Assembly: GCA_049322655.1 (NCBI GenBank)
Contig: JBMORP010000006.1
Coordinates: 320,410-384,409 of the forward strand
Source: Patescibacteria group bacterium
GTDB taxonomy: Bacteria; Patescibacteriota; Microgenomatia; UBA1400; PJMF01
Reading direction: 5' to 3'
Length of the DNA: 64,000 nucleotides
Both the position numbers and the translations under genes were made by a program. This document shows positions 50,851 through 59,298 of the stretch, piece by piece. Each line of letters starts with the position of its first letter. The stretch's first letter is position 1. Under the pieces are notes generated by a model that did no database searches, was not told where the DNA came from, and worked only from the letters and a program-made list of their open reading frames with translations.

Positions 50851-52063
50851 TGCCAGTCTAGGAGCTCATTACTCAAACAGATTTATTTGGCTAAGCTTAA
50901 AGCAATTGGTTTTAGCTGGTCTTGGACTTAACCAACCCCAATACTCAGAAAAACTAGCCAATTTAATAACCGATTTTTTCCCAGGAAAAGTCGAGTTTGT
51001 TTATAAAGGTCGTGATGCGATTGAACTTTGTCTAAAACAATATGGCATTACTAATCGTCGTGATGGAGTTATTACCCAAGCTTTTACTTGTTCAGCCATT
51101 GAAGAAGGAATCGTAAGAGCTGGAGCTACACCCATTTATGCTGACCTTGGCCACCAGCAACTAAATCTAAATACTGAAACCTTGGAACAAGTAAAAAATA
51201 ATCAGCCAAACTTAAAAATAAAAGCTGTACTCGTTCAACATAGTTTGGGCCATCCAGCAGAAATTAAAGCGATTAAAAACTGGTGCCAAAAAAACCAAGT
51301 TTTGCTAATAGAAGATCTAGCTCAAAGTTTTGGCGCCACGGATTCTGCCGACAACTTGCTAGGTAAAAATGCTGATGCAATTATCTTGTCGTTTGGCCGA
51401 GACAAAATCATCGATGCTGTAACTGGTGGTGCCGTGATTTTTCGCACTCAACCCCGAAACTACCAACCAAAAAAATTTGCTTTACCCAATAAAAAAATCA
51501 TTATCAAAGACTTGAGTTACCCTGTTTTAACCTGGTTGATTAGACATACCTACCACCTAAAAATAGGTAAAATCATCCATTTTTTACTTAAAAAAACTCA
51601 CTGGTTTTACTCACCAATCAAGGCACCTACTAAGCAAATCACTCTATTGCCCAGCTATTTTGTTCAACTAGCTTTACTACAATTGATTGAATTGGATACT
51701 AATCACCAACATCGCCAAGAAATAAGTGAATTTTATCTTAAGGAATTAACTAACTTACCAATCCAACTCTTCACCACTCAACAGAACCTTGAGAAAGCTT
51801 CATTACTTAGATTTGCTTTTACTACCCCACACTGGTCTGAAATAATGACCGATTGGCAACAACACCAAATTTACTTAGCTGATCGATGGTACCGACAACC
51901 AGTAGACTGTGGCCAACTACATTGTTCAAGATTTTACCAAGAAAAATCATGTCCTAATGCCGAAAAAATTAGTCAACAAATTCTCAACCTCCCAACTCAC
52001 AGACAAATTTCTCTCAAAGCTGCCCAAAAAATTGTGGCTATAATAAAAAAACATGTCAATTAA
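50843..52063 (+). CDS. DegT/DnrJ/EryC1/StrS-family PLP-dependent (sugar) aminotransferase
   Basis: …ILSFGRDKIIDAVTGGAV… (SxxxxK PLP lysine context); 406 aa. Confidence 0.75.
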   Translation: MINASLGAHYSNRFIWLSLKQLVLAGLGLNQPQYSEKLANLITDFFPGKVEFVYKGRDAIELCLKQYGITNRRDGVITQAFTCSAIEEGIVRAGATPIYADLGHQQLNLNTETLEQVKNNQPNLKIKAVLVQHSLGHPAEIKAIKNWCQKNQVLLIEDLAQSFGATDSADNLLGKNADAIILSFGRDKIIDAVTGGAVIFRTQPRNYQPKKFALPNKKIIIKDLSYPVLTWLIRHTYHLKIGKIIHFLLKKTHWFYSPIKAPTKQITLLPSYFVQLALLQLIELDTNHQHRQEISEFYLKELTNLPIQLFTTQQNLEKASLLRFAFTTPHWSEIMTDWQQHQIYLADRWYRQPVDCGQLHCSRFYQEKSCPNAEKISQQILNLPTHRQISLKAAQKIVAIIKKHVN

Positions 52064-53081
52064 TTTTCAAGTTATCGAGACCGAACAAAACTGGGAAAGA
52101 ATTATTAGTTATTTTCCTGAAGCCAATTTTTTACAATCTTTTTATTGGGGTGAATTTGAAAAAAAATTAAACAAAAAAGTTTTCAGGTTTGCTCTTTTTA
52201 AAAAAAATCAACCAATTATTGCTTTACAAATCATCAAAGAAACAGCCAAAAGAGGCAACTACCTCACCATTGCCGGTGGCCCATTGCTTGACTGGGAAAA
52301 ACAATTAACCAACCACAACTTTTCCCAATTAATCAATTTTTTAAAGACTTTAGCTCAAAAAGAAAACTGTAGTTTTATTCGCCTCAGACCTCAAACCTTA
52401 GATACTGAAGAGCTCAGACAACAACTCAAAAAATACCAACTTATTCCTTCGCCAATGCATCTAACTGCCGATCTCACCCTCCAGTTAGATCTAACCAAAT
52501 CGCCAACCCAACTTCTCCAAGAAATGAGAAAAAATACTCGTTATGAAATCAAACAAGCAGAAAAAAAAGGCATCACTGTAATCCAAACACAAGATTCACA
52601 CAAAATCAAAGGGTTTTATCAACACCAACTGGAACTGGCTAATAAACACAACTTTGTGCCTTTTAGTTATGAATTTTTGTTAGCTCAATTTGAAACTTTT
52701 GTGGAAAAAAATAAAGTTACTTTATTTTCTAGTTACTTAGAAAATAAGTTACTAGCTTCAGCCTTTATTATTTTTTACAACCAAGAAGCTGTCTATCACT
52801 ATGGTATTTCTACTGAGGATAATTACAAACTTCCTGGAGCCTATGCTTGTCAGTGGGCCGCTATCCAGGAAGCCCAAAAAAGAGGTTGCAAAAAATACAA
52901 TTTTTGGGGGATTGCTCCCAAAGATGAGCCTCAGCATCGTTTTGCTGGGGTGTCATTATTTAAACGCGGTTTTGGTGGTGAAGAAGTAGCCTACTTACCA
53001 GCCCATGATTTACCAGTCTCAACGTTCTATTGGGCCACCTATTTCTTTGAAAGTTTTAGAAAAAAAATCAGAAAACTATAA
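52053..53081 (+). CDS. FemAB-family aminoacyl-tRNA-dependent peptidyltransferase (peptidoglycan/polymer side-chain formation)
   Basis: …NFLQSFYWGEFEKK…, YHYGISTEDNYKLPGAYACQWAAIQEAQKRGCKKYNFWGI are FemX/FemAB-like blocks; 342 aa. Confidence 0.6.
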   Translation: MSINFQVIETEQNWERIISYFPEANFLQSFYWGEFEKKLNKKVFRFALFKKNQPIIALQIIKETAKRGNYLTIAGGPLLDWEKQLTNHNFSQLINFLKTLAQKENCSFIRLRPQTLDTEELRQQLKKYQLIPSPMHLTADLTLQLDLTKSPTQLLQEMRKNTRYEIKQAEKKGITVIQTQDSHKIKGFYQHQLELANKHNFVPFSYEFLLAQFETFVEKNKVTLFSSYLENKLLASAFIIFYNQEAVYHYGISTEDNYKLPGAYACQWAAIQEAQKRGCKKYNFWGIAPKDEPQHRFAGVSLFKRGFGGEEVAYLPAHDLPVSTFYWATYFFESFRKKIRKL

Positions 53082-54080
53082 ATTTTCATAAAGATCAACA
53101 TAAAGCTGTGCGATTCGATGCCAACTATGTTGTTTGGCAAATTCATAAGCTTGTGTCAATTTATCTTGATTAAAATGAGTATTCTTTTGCAAAATAGTTA
53201 ATTTTCTTGACAACTCACTACTATTTTTAACCACTTGAACAAATTTACCTAGAGGAGATAAGGAAAAATAATCTCTTTTGAGAGGATTACTGTAGGCAGC
53301 CACGACTAAACATTTATAAGCAAAAGCTTCTAAAACTGATAAATACCCACCAGCAAAAACAAGCTTAGCTTTTTTTAAATAAGGCATTGGATTTCTAAAA
53401 CCAGTCACTTCACCAAATAAAGCAGCTTGTTCTCTTAACTCACCATCTCCACAAAAAACCACCTGACCATGCCAAGATTGGTCTTTTAAACTTTGGAGCA
53501 ACAATGGTAACCCAGTGTCATAACTCAACCGACCAACATATAACAAAATATGCTGTTTAAGATAATCTTTTTGGGGAAGATGAACCCCACCATAGATCAC
53601 TAGATCGGCAGAAAAACCATAATATTTTTCCAAATATTTACCAACGGCAATCGTTTTAGTTGACAACCATACGCCCAACTTACGCCACAGTTTATTTTTT
53701 TGCGGTAAAGGAAATTTACCTTCCCAACCATGAAAAGTTGTCACTATTGGTTTTCGCCAAAACAATAATTTAAAAGGTAGATACCAAATAAAAACATCAT
53801 GAATATGAATTACTTCAGCTTCTTTAATCAGAGCAAAATATTTTTTCAACAGTTGCCACCAAATATTTAACAGTCCTAAAAACCTTGTTTTAGGGTAACT
53901 AAATCGATAAATTTCTATGCCAGTTTTTTTTTCAAAAATGGCTGATTTTTTAGTTTGTTCAGTAATAATTTTGATTGAGTATTTTTTTTTGTTTAAATAA
54001 TGAACTGTCTCCCAAACATGACGTTCAACTCCACCTATGTTGGGAAAAAATGATGGCGTAAAAACAAGAATTTTTTTCAT
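53076..54080 (-). CDS. GT-B glycosyltransferase, family 4-like
   Basis: N-terminal Glyco_trans_4-like region and a C-terminal EX7E-like GGYLSVLEAFAYKCLVVA. Confidence 0.55.
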   Translation of the reverse strand: MKKILVFTPSFFPNIGGVERHVWETVHYLNKKKYSIKIITEQTKKSAIFEKKTGIEIYRFSYPKTRFLGLLNIWWQLLKKYFALIKEAEVIHIHDVFIWYLPFKLLFWRKPIVTTFHGWEGKFPLPQKNKLWRKLGVWLSTKTIAVGKYLEKYYGFSADLVIYGGVHLPQKDYLKQHILLYVGRLSYDTGLPLLLQSLKDQSWHGQVVFCGDGELREQAALFGEVTGFRNPMPYLKKAKLVFAGGYLSVLEAFAYKCLVVAAYSNPLKRDYFSLSPLGKFVQVVKNSSELSRKLTILQKNTHFNQDKLTQAYEFAKQHSWHRIAQLYVDLYENL

Positions 54081-54117
54081 TAAAAAACAATAATTTTAAA
54101 AGTTATAATAACCTATC

Positions 54118-55068
54118 ATGAAGATTAGTTTAGTTATAACGATTTTTAATGAAGAATCAACTCTAGATTTACTATTAACTGCTATCAAAAAACAAACACA
54201 ACAAATCGATGAACTAATTATTGTTGATGGAGGTTCAACCGATCGAAGCTGGGCAATTTTAAAAACTTATCAACAACAAAAATTTTTCAAAAATAAATTA
54301 AAAATTTATCAAAAAACTGGCAATAGAAGTACTGGTAGAAACTTAGCCATTAAAAAAACTACTAACGAACTAATTGCCATTACTGATGCTGGCTGCATCC
54401 CCAATAAAGATTGGTTAGAAAAACTAGTAAAAAAACAGCACCAAACTCAAGCTCCAGTAGTTGCTGGTTACTACTACGGTCTAGCAAAAAACAACTTTCA
54501 ACAAGCAGTTATTCCTTATGTATTGGTGATGCCAGACAAAATCGATCACAATTTTTTACCAGCCACTCGGTCAATGTTAATTAGCAAAAAAACTTGGCAA
54601 GAAGTCGGCGGCTTTAATGAACAACTCAACCACAATGAAGATTATGCTTTTGCCAAAGAACTAGAAAGTAGAAAAATTAAAATTGCCATTGCCCAAGCAG
54701 CCCAAGTAGCTTGGTTGCCCAGAAAAAACTTATGGTCTTTCATCGTAATGATTTACCGCTTTGCTTTGGGTGATGCTGAAGCAGAAATCTTCAGACCAAA
54801 AGTAGGACTAATCTTGGCTAGATATTTTTTATTAATTTTAGTTTTATTTTTTAGTTTGCTTGGTTTATTTTTTCCACCAGTTAATTTTTTAACTAGTTAT
54901 GGTTTAACTATACTGCTGTTAGCAATAATTAGTTATGGTAGCTGGGCTATAGCAAAAAATAAAAAATATGTTGTCACTGGTTGGTGGTGGTTACCACTAT
55001 TACAAATCTCGGCTGACTTAGCAGTCATTACTGGCACTGTGACCGGTTCATTAAAAAAACTAAATTAA
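54118..55068 (+). CDS. GT-A glycosyltransferase family 2 with C-terminal membrane helices
   Basis: ISLVITIFNEESTL…LIIVDGGSTD (DxD region); 3-4 TM at the C-terminus. Confidence 0.7.
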   Translation: MKISLVITIFNEESTLDLLLTAIKKQTQQIDELIIVDGGSTDRSWAILKTYQQQKFFKNKLKIYQKTGNRSTGRNLAIKKTTNELIAITDAGCIPNKDWLEKLVKKQHQTQAPVVAGYYYGLAKNNFQQAVIPYVLVMPDKIDHNFLPATRSMLISKKTWQEVGGFNEQLNHNEDYAFAKELESRKIKIAIAQAAQVAWLPRKNLWSFIVMIYRFALGDAEAEIFRPKVGLILARYFLLILVLFFSLLGLFFPPVNFLTSYGLTILLLAIISYGSWAIAKNKKYVVTGWWWLPLLQISADLAVITGTVTGSLKKLN

Positions 55069-55629
55069 CTCTTCAAAATCAACCACATCAATAAAATCAA
55101 TCCCAGCAGCAGCTGCTGCCAACTGGTCGTTCTCACTATCACCAATCATTAAATAATCTTTTTTACTTGTGCCAGGAATAAAGATTTGGTCAAAACCAGC
55201 CGGTCTGGGCTTGGGATAATCAACCGCATCTCTAGTAATAATGTTCCTAAAGGACTGCTCTAAACCCAAATCTTGTAAAACAGGTTGAATGGTTTCCAGG
55301 TGGTTGCTAGTCCATAAAAAAAATTGAAAACGAGTTTGATTCTCCTGAATAAACTGAACTAACCTCATGTTTGGTTCATGGTTGGTATAGTTTTGTTGTT
55401 CATATTCTTTGGTAAAAGTTTGAAAGGCCTCAATCGCCGGCTGACCAACCCGATCAATAACCTCTGCTTGGAATACATAAGGATTACCATTAATGACTAA
55501 ACTAGTATCGCCAGTCAGTTCTTTAGCTAATTTTAACCACCCCTCACGAGAATGACTCCAATCAATAATGAGCGTATCAATCGTTCGGTCAAAATCAAAA
55601 ACTAAATATTTTTTGCTGGTTAAATTCAT
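55060..55629 (-). CDS. HAD-superfamily hydrolase
   Basis: Motif I VFDFDRT (DxDxT) and motif IV-like MIGDSENDQLAAAAAG. Confidence 0.55.
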   Translation of the reverse strand: MNLTSKKYLVFDFDRTIDTLIIDWSHSREGWLKLAKELTGDTSLVINGNPYVFQAEVIDRVGQPAIEAFQTFTKEYEQQNYTNHEPNMRLVQFIQENQTRFQFFLWTSNHLETIQPVLQDLGLEQSFRNIITRDAVDYPKPRPAGFDQIFIPGTSKKDYLMIGDSENDQLAAAAAGIDFIDVVDFEELI

Positions 55630-55638
55630 TGTCTTTTT

Positions 55639-56847
55639 CTAGTTGTCACTTACAATGGTGTTAACACTATCACTGGAAGCATGAATTAATAAAGTATTTC
55701 TTCTTACCGTTGCTTTCACATTAAGTAACTTGCCTGTTTGGTATTCAAAATATGGAGTCAACCTAATTCGACCTTTCATAATTAGTAAATCCATAAAATC
55801 CTCAGTAGCATAAGTAATGCTCACTTTTTTATTACTGAGAAAAGGCTGGATCAACCAACTCTGTTTACTTTCTTCAATAGATTGAAGCAATTGTTTCAAT
55901 TGAACTTTTGATTTTTTATGTAAAAAGTTAACACTCTTTGCCCAAGAAGCATCAGGATGATTGCCAGCCATTTTAACAACAAACCTTAATTGTTCTCTAG
56001 GAAAATTAACTAAATCAAGCCAATTTTTAATAGTTAAAGGAAAATCGGTTGGAACTGAGCTTTTGATAAACCAAGTGGGTAATAACAATTGGTCTAATAA
56101 TTTTATGGTTTCACCAGATAGTTTGGCTCGCAAATTATCATCAGAAAAATAATCAGCTAATAAATACTTGCCCTCAAAGTATGGATCTATTTGGGGAAAT
56201 AGCTTGGGTTCACTAAGCAAAAATTTATTAATTGCTTCATCCAAACTAGCTTCGTAAGTATAAAAAGCACGATAAAAAAAATTGTTTTTAATTTCTTCAG
56301 CTGTGAGATCTTCGATAAACCTAACCGAAAAATCACCCCCATATTGCTTCAAACTATTTGCCAAATAAACTAATTGACCTTTAAAACGATCAGTATGATC
56401 TGAATAAACAAAAATTCCTTGATTTGTGCCAGTACTTTGTTGCCACCACTGCATGAAACCAGTAAAAATATATCTAACATCCTGACCAAGCACTTTAGTC
56501 CATTCACGATAAGAACTTTGCAAAAAAATTATCAAAGCCAAACCAAAAGGTTGAGTTTCTATTTCGCAAACTTTCAAGCCATCAGCTGTCATCAACACAT
56601 CTGGTCTAATAAAAAAAGTGTTAAATGGTTTTTGGTAAAGCTCAGTAGCTTGAGTCATGAGCTCTTTCAAAGCAGGTCCCAAAGCTAACAACTTGCTTTT
56701 TTCTTCCTCAGCCAAATGAAAAGTTTCTGCCGTTACCAAAAAAGGCAAATTGTTACTGGTTGTATGCTGAAAAGCAGAATCATATAAAGAAATATCAGCC
56801 GCCGACTGGTCAATCTTAGCAGCTTTTTTTAATAAAGATGATTGCAC
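55639..56847 (-). CDS. Hypothetical protein, possibly a circularly permuted ATP-grasp-like amide ligase
   Basis: …RPDVLMTADGLKVCEIETQPFG… resembles the ATP-grasp …LEVNTxPG… block but is displaced to the N-terminus. Confidence 0.3.
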   Translation of the reverse strand: MQSSLLKKAAKIDQSAADISLYDSAFQHTTSNNLPFLVTAETFHLAEEEKSKLLALGPALKELMTQATELYQKPFNTFFIRPDVLMTADGLKVCEIETQPFGLALIIFLQSSYREWTKVLGQDVRYIFTGFMQWWQQSTGTNQGIFVYSDHTDRFKGQLVYLANSLKQYGGDFSVRFIEDLTAEEIKNNFFYRAFYTYEASLDEAINKFLLSEPKLFPQIDPYFEGKYLLADYFSDDNLRAKLSGETIKLLDQLLLPTWFIKSSVPTDFPLTIKNWLDLVNFPREQLRFVVKMAGNHPDASWAKSVNFLHKKSKVQLKQLLQSIEESKQSWLIQPFLSNKKVSITYATEDFMDLLIMKGRIRLTPYFEYQTGKLLNVKATVRRNTLLIHASSDSVNTIVSDN

Positions 56848-56849
56848 AA

Positions 56850-57389
56850 CTACTCTCTTTCTTTGGACGTTCCCGTCACTGCATCATAACATTTGGGAAT
56901 CATGCCTACCGGGAAATTATATTTATCAACTATTTCACAGTAAATCAAGCCAACCCCATTGTGAGCAATTTGCCAACCATCCGCTGTTTTAGCCGCAAAG
57001 TAAATCCCACCTTTATCCCCCTCACCCACATTCACAAATCCAGTCATAAACTCCAAACTACTTTCCGCTTCAGCGGTAATCTGCACCTCTGCTAGATCCA
57101 TTTTAAAACTTTCAGCAAGCTTTTCTCTCACTTGCTGAACATCATCAGCTGTGAGACCGCTTTTTTGAGCTTGTTCTGTTAATGGATTCGCAAAGTCATC
57201 CTCATCTGCAGGAATGCCCACCTGAGGCACTACACTTCCCTGATTTTCTCCAGTCGAGCCAGCATTAATTGTTTTTAACTCTAAATTGTTATCTCCCTCT
57301 GGAGCCTGACAACCAGCAAATACCACTGCAGCAACCAAAACCACTAACAACAAAAATGACTTTTTCATAACAAGCTTAAGTCTACCCAC
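56850..57389 (-). CDS. Lipoprotein of unknown function
   Basis: Signal peptide with lipobox VFAGC-Q; 179 aa. Confidence 0.5.
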   Translation of the reverse strand: MGRLKLVMKKSFLLLVVLVAAVVFAGCQAPEGDNNLELKTINAGSTGENQGSVVPQVGIPADEDDFANPLTEQAQKSGLTADDVQQVREKLAESFKMDLAEVQITAEAESSLEFMTGFVNVGEGDKGGIYFAAKTADGWQIAHNGVGLIYCEIVDKYNFPVGMIPKCYDAVTGTSKERE

Positions 57390-57445
57390 TTATGAACTAA
57401 CTCTCAAGAGTTGAGTTTTTTAACATGGTCCACCCAAAAAATGGC

Positions 57446-57454
57446 TGGTATAAT
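57446..57454 (+). promoter_or_regulatory. Extended -10 (TGGTATAAT) for tRNA-Ser(GCT)
   Basis: TGnTATAAT 18 nt upstream of the tRNA 5' end. Confidence 0.45.
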
Positions 57455-57472
57455 CTGGGCTTACCAAAACTA

Positions 57473-57560
57473 GGAGGCATCGCATAGTGGCCAATTGCAC
57501 AGGTTTGCTAAACCTGACCGGATCTCCGGTTCATGGGTTCAAATCCCATTGCCTCCGCCA
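57473..57560 (+). tRNA. tRNA-Ser (anticodon GCT), type II, CCA encoded
   Basis: Hand-folded: acceptor GGAGGCA/TGCCTCC, anticodon stem-loop CAGGT-TTGCTAA-ACCTG, long variable arm, T-arm ATGGG-TTCAAAT-CCCAT, 3' GCCA. Confidence 0.85.
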
Positions 57561-57569
57561 AACATTATC

Positions 57570-57992
57570 ATGCATAAACTAGAATCATTCAGTTTCCGCG
57601 GCGAAACACTTACTACTCAACTAATCGAAACAACCGAAGTTTTTACCGGAGTAATTTGTGATGCTTATCTTCACCCAGAAACCAAAGAAAGAGATCTCGG
57701 AGTTATTTATATCGAAGCAGACAGAAGAACTCATCCTCAAAGAGTATTAAAAGGCGACCAAACCATAGAAGGCTATATATCAGGAAAGGGTGAGTTAATC
57801 ATCAAAAAAAGTAATGGAGAGAGGTTGGTTTTTCAAGTTGGACCAGGTAGTGAGGGCTTTGCCCAAAATATAGAGGTCGGCGATATTATGCAGTGGCGAG
57901 CAGATGAACAAGAGGGCTTAGTTGTCTTTGAAGTTTGCTATCCACCATATGAAGCGGGTCGCTATGAAAACCTAGCAGATATGTTGCTATAA
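57570..57992 (+). CDS. Hypothetical cupin-like protein
   Basis: Probable start at MHKLESF (ATG at 57570), because the longer ORF-track start overlaps the tRNA; beta-rich with an HPETKERDLG…EGYISGKGEL pattern. Confidence 0.4.
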   Translation: MHKLESFSFRGETLTTQLIETTEVFTGVICDAYLHPETKERDLGVIYIEADRRTHPQRVLKGDQTIEGYISGKGELIIKKSNGERLVFQVGPGSEGFAQNIEVGDIMQWRADEQEGLVVFEVCYPPYEAGRYENLADMLL

Positions 57993-57994
57993 AG

Positions 57995-58468
57995 TTACTT
58001 CAACCTAGCTAATAAATATTTAACTTCTCCTGTTGGAGAACTAACTAGCACTTCGGCTCCTACTTTTTTACCAACCACCGCCTGACCAATTGGACTATCT
58101 AGTGAAAATTTCATTTGTTCTGGATCAGCTTCATAACTACCAACCAAGGTAAAAACTAAAGTATGAGTCTCGTTTTGCAAAGTCACTTCCTTACCAAAAC
58201 TAGCTAAATCGCTTTGGTCAATTTTTGGAACATAAGCATTAGCCAAAAGATAGTGAAGTTGTCTGAGTTGCCGTCTCACTCCGCCTAATTCAAACTTAGC
58301 AGCTTTGTAGGCTCCGTTCTCTGATAAATCACCCATTTCTCTAGCCACAACCAATCGATCTAGAATTTCTTTTTTAAGCTTCATCAACCTAACTAGCTCA
58401 GCTTTTTTACTATCTAGAGCTTGTTGAGATAAAGGAATCTTTGCTGGTTTAGGTGGATTATTCATCAA
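57995..58468 (-). CDS. greA: Transcription elongation factor GreA
   Basis: Coiled-coil N-domain with the acidic tip (…MGDLSENGAYKAAK…) and an FKBP-like C-domain; 157 aa. Confidence 0.85.
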   Translation of the reverse strand: MMNNPPKPAKIPLSQQALDSKKAELVRLMKLKKEILDRLVVAREMGDLSENGAYKAAKFELGGVRRQLRQLHYLLANAYVPKIDQSDLASFGKEVTLQNETHTLVFTLVGSYEADPEQMKFSLDSPIGQAVVGKKVGAEVLVSSPTGEVKYLLARLK

Positions 58469-58544
58469 TAAAACTATCTTAACAGTTAATCTTGATAATT
58501 ATTAAACAAAATTTAGCAACTCAATGATAAAATCTAAACATTAA

Positions 58545-58629
58545 GGAGAGGTCGCATAGTGGTCTAGTGCAGCGGTTTACTAAACCGCCGTGGTGAAAGC
58601 TACCGCGGGTTCGAATCCCGCCCTCTCCG
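58545..58629 (+). tRNA. Type-II Ser-type tRNA with apparent anticodon ACT (anticodon loop TTACTAA)
   Basis: Hand-folded: acceptor GGAGAGG/CCTCTCC, the same TC-GCA-TAGTGG…TGC-A D-arm as the other Ser tRNAs, anticodon stem-loop GCGGT-TTACTAA-ACCGC, 16-nt variable arm, T-arm GCGGG-TTCGAAT-CCCGC. Confidence 0.6.
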
Positions 58630-58695
58630 CATCCTAGGATTAGAACTATAACGACGACGTGTTTTAGACCAACATGTCCAGCCAAACTAAAATAT

Positions 58696-59112
58696 ATGAT
58701 TGATTTTATAAAAAATAAACTTGCAGAACTAGCCGCCTATAGTGAAATCATGAGACAAAAAGCAATAGCTGAAAAACTATTGGACATGATATGGGGTTTT
58801 CACTATCGTGGCCAAAAAGGAAACGAATTTAATCCAAGTGGAATTGAGGCTGCAATTCGTATTAATCTAGAATACTTGCCCAACTCAATCAAGGGTTTAA
58901 ACATCGGCTGGGAAAGACCAATTATGCGCTCAAGTGCTACTCCAGATGATAAACCAAATAGTCTGGCTGACCTAGAAGAACTTGCAAAAAAACTAGCCAA
59001 AGAAGCCGGAATCCATAGATACATTTGGTACGAACAACAAGAGGATGGAAAATTGATTCGTTTTACTGAAAATACCATTAATGGCGATGTTTATAAACAT
59101 GACCATATGTAA
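58696..59112 (+). CDS. Hypothetical protein
   Basis: 138 aa ORF lying between the tRNA and a tRNA 3' fragment. Confidence 0.4.
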   Translation: MIDFIKNKLAELAAYSEIMRQKAIAEKLLDMIWGFHYRGQKGNEFNPSGIEAAIRINLEYLPNSIKGLNIGWERPIMRSSATPDDKPNSLADLEELAKKLAKEAGIHRYIWYEQQEDGKLIRFTENTINGDVYKHDHM

Positions 59113-59144
59113 TAAAATGTTAAGCAAATATATTAAAGTCGGCT

Positions 59145-59169
59145 TGGGTTCCAGACCCACCTGCTCCGC
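59145..59169 (+). other. tRNA 3'-end-like fragment (T-arm + acceptor 3' strand: TGGGTTCCAGACCCACCTGCTCCGC), possible att-site remnant
   Basis: It resembles the GGGTTCGAATCCCGCCCTCTCCGC 3' end of the tRNA 500 bp upstream (about 18 of 25 positions), with no 5' half. A very AT-rich stretch follows. Confidence 0.4.
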
Positions 59170-59298
59170 TTATAATAATATTGTTGTTGATATATAGTTA
59201 TATATTCTAGATATAGCCAAATGTCACTGATTAGATCTGAACTCAAGATCATAACTCTTAAATAAGACTTTTCCTTTTCGGAATGATAGTATTAATGT

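Noticed and set aside
57495-57569. N-terminal extension of ORF 57495..57992 (starting MHRFAKPDRISGSW)
   Set aside because: The extension overlaps the 3' half of tRNA-Ser(GCT). The internal ATG at 57570 gives a sensible start just after the tRNA.
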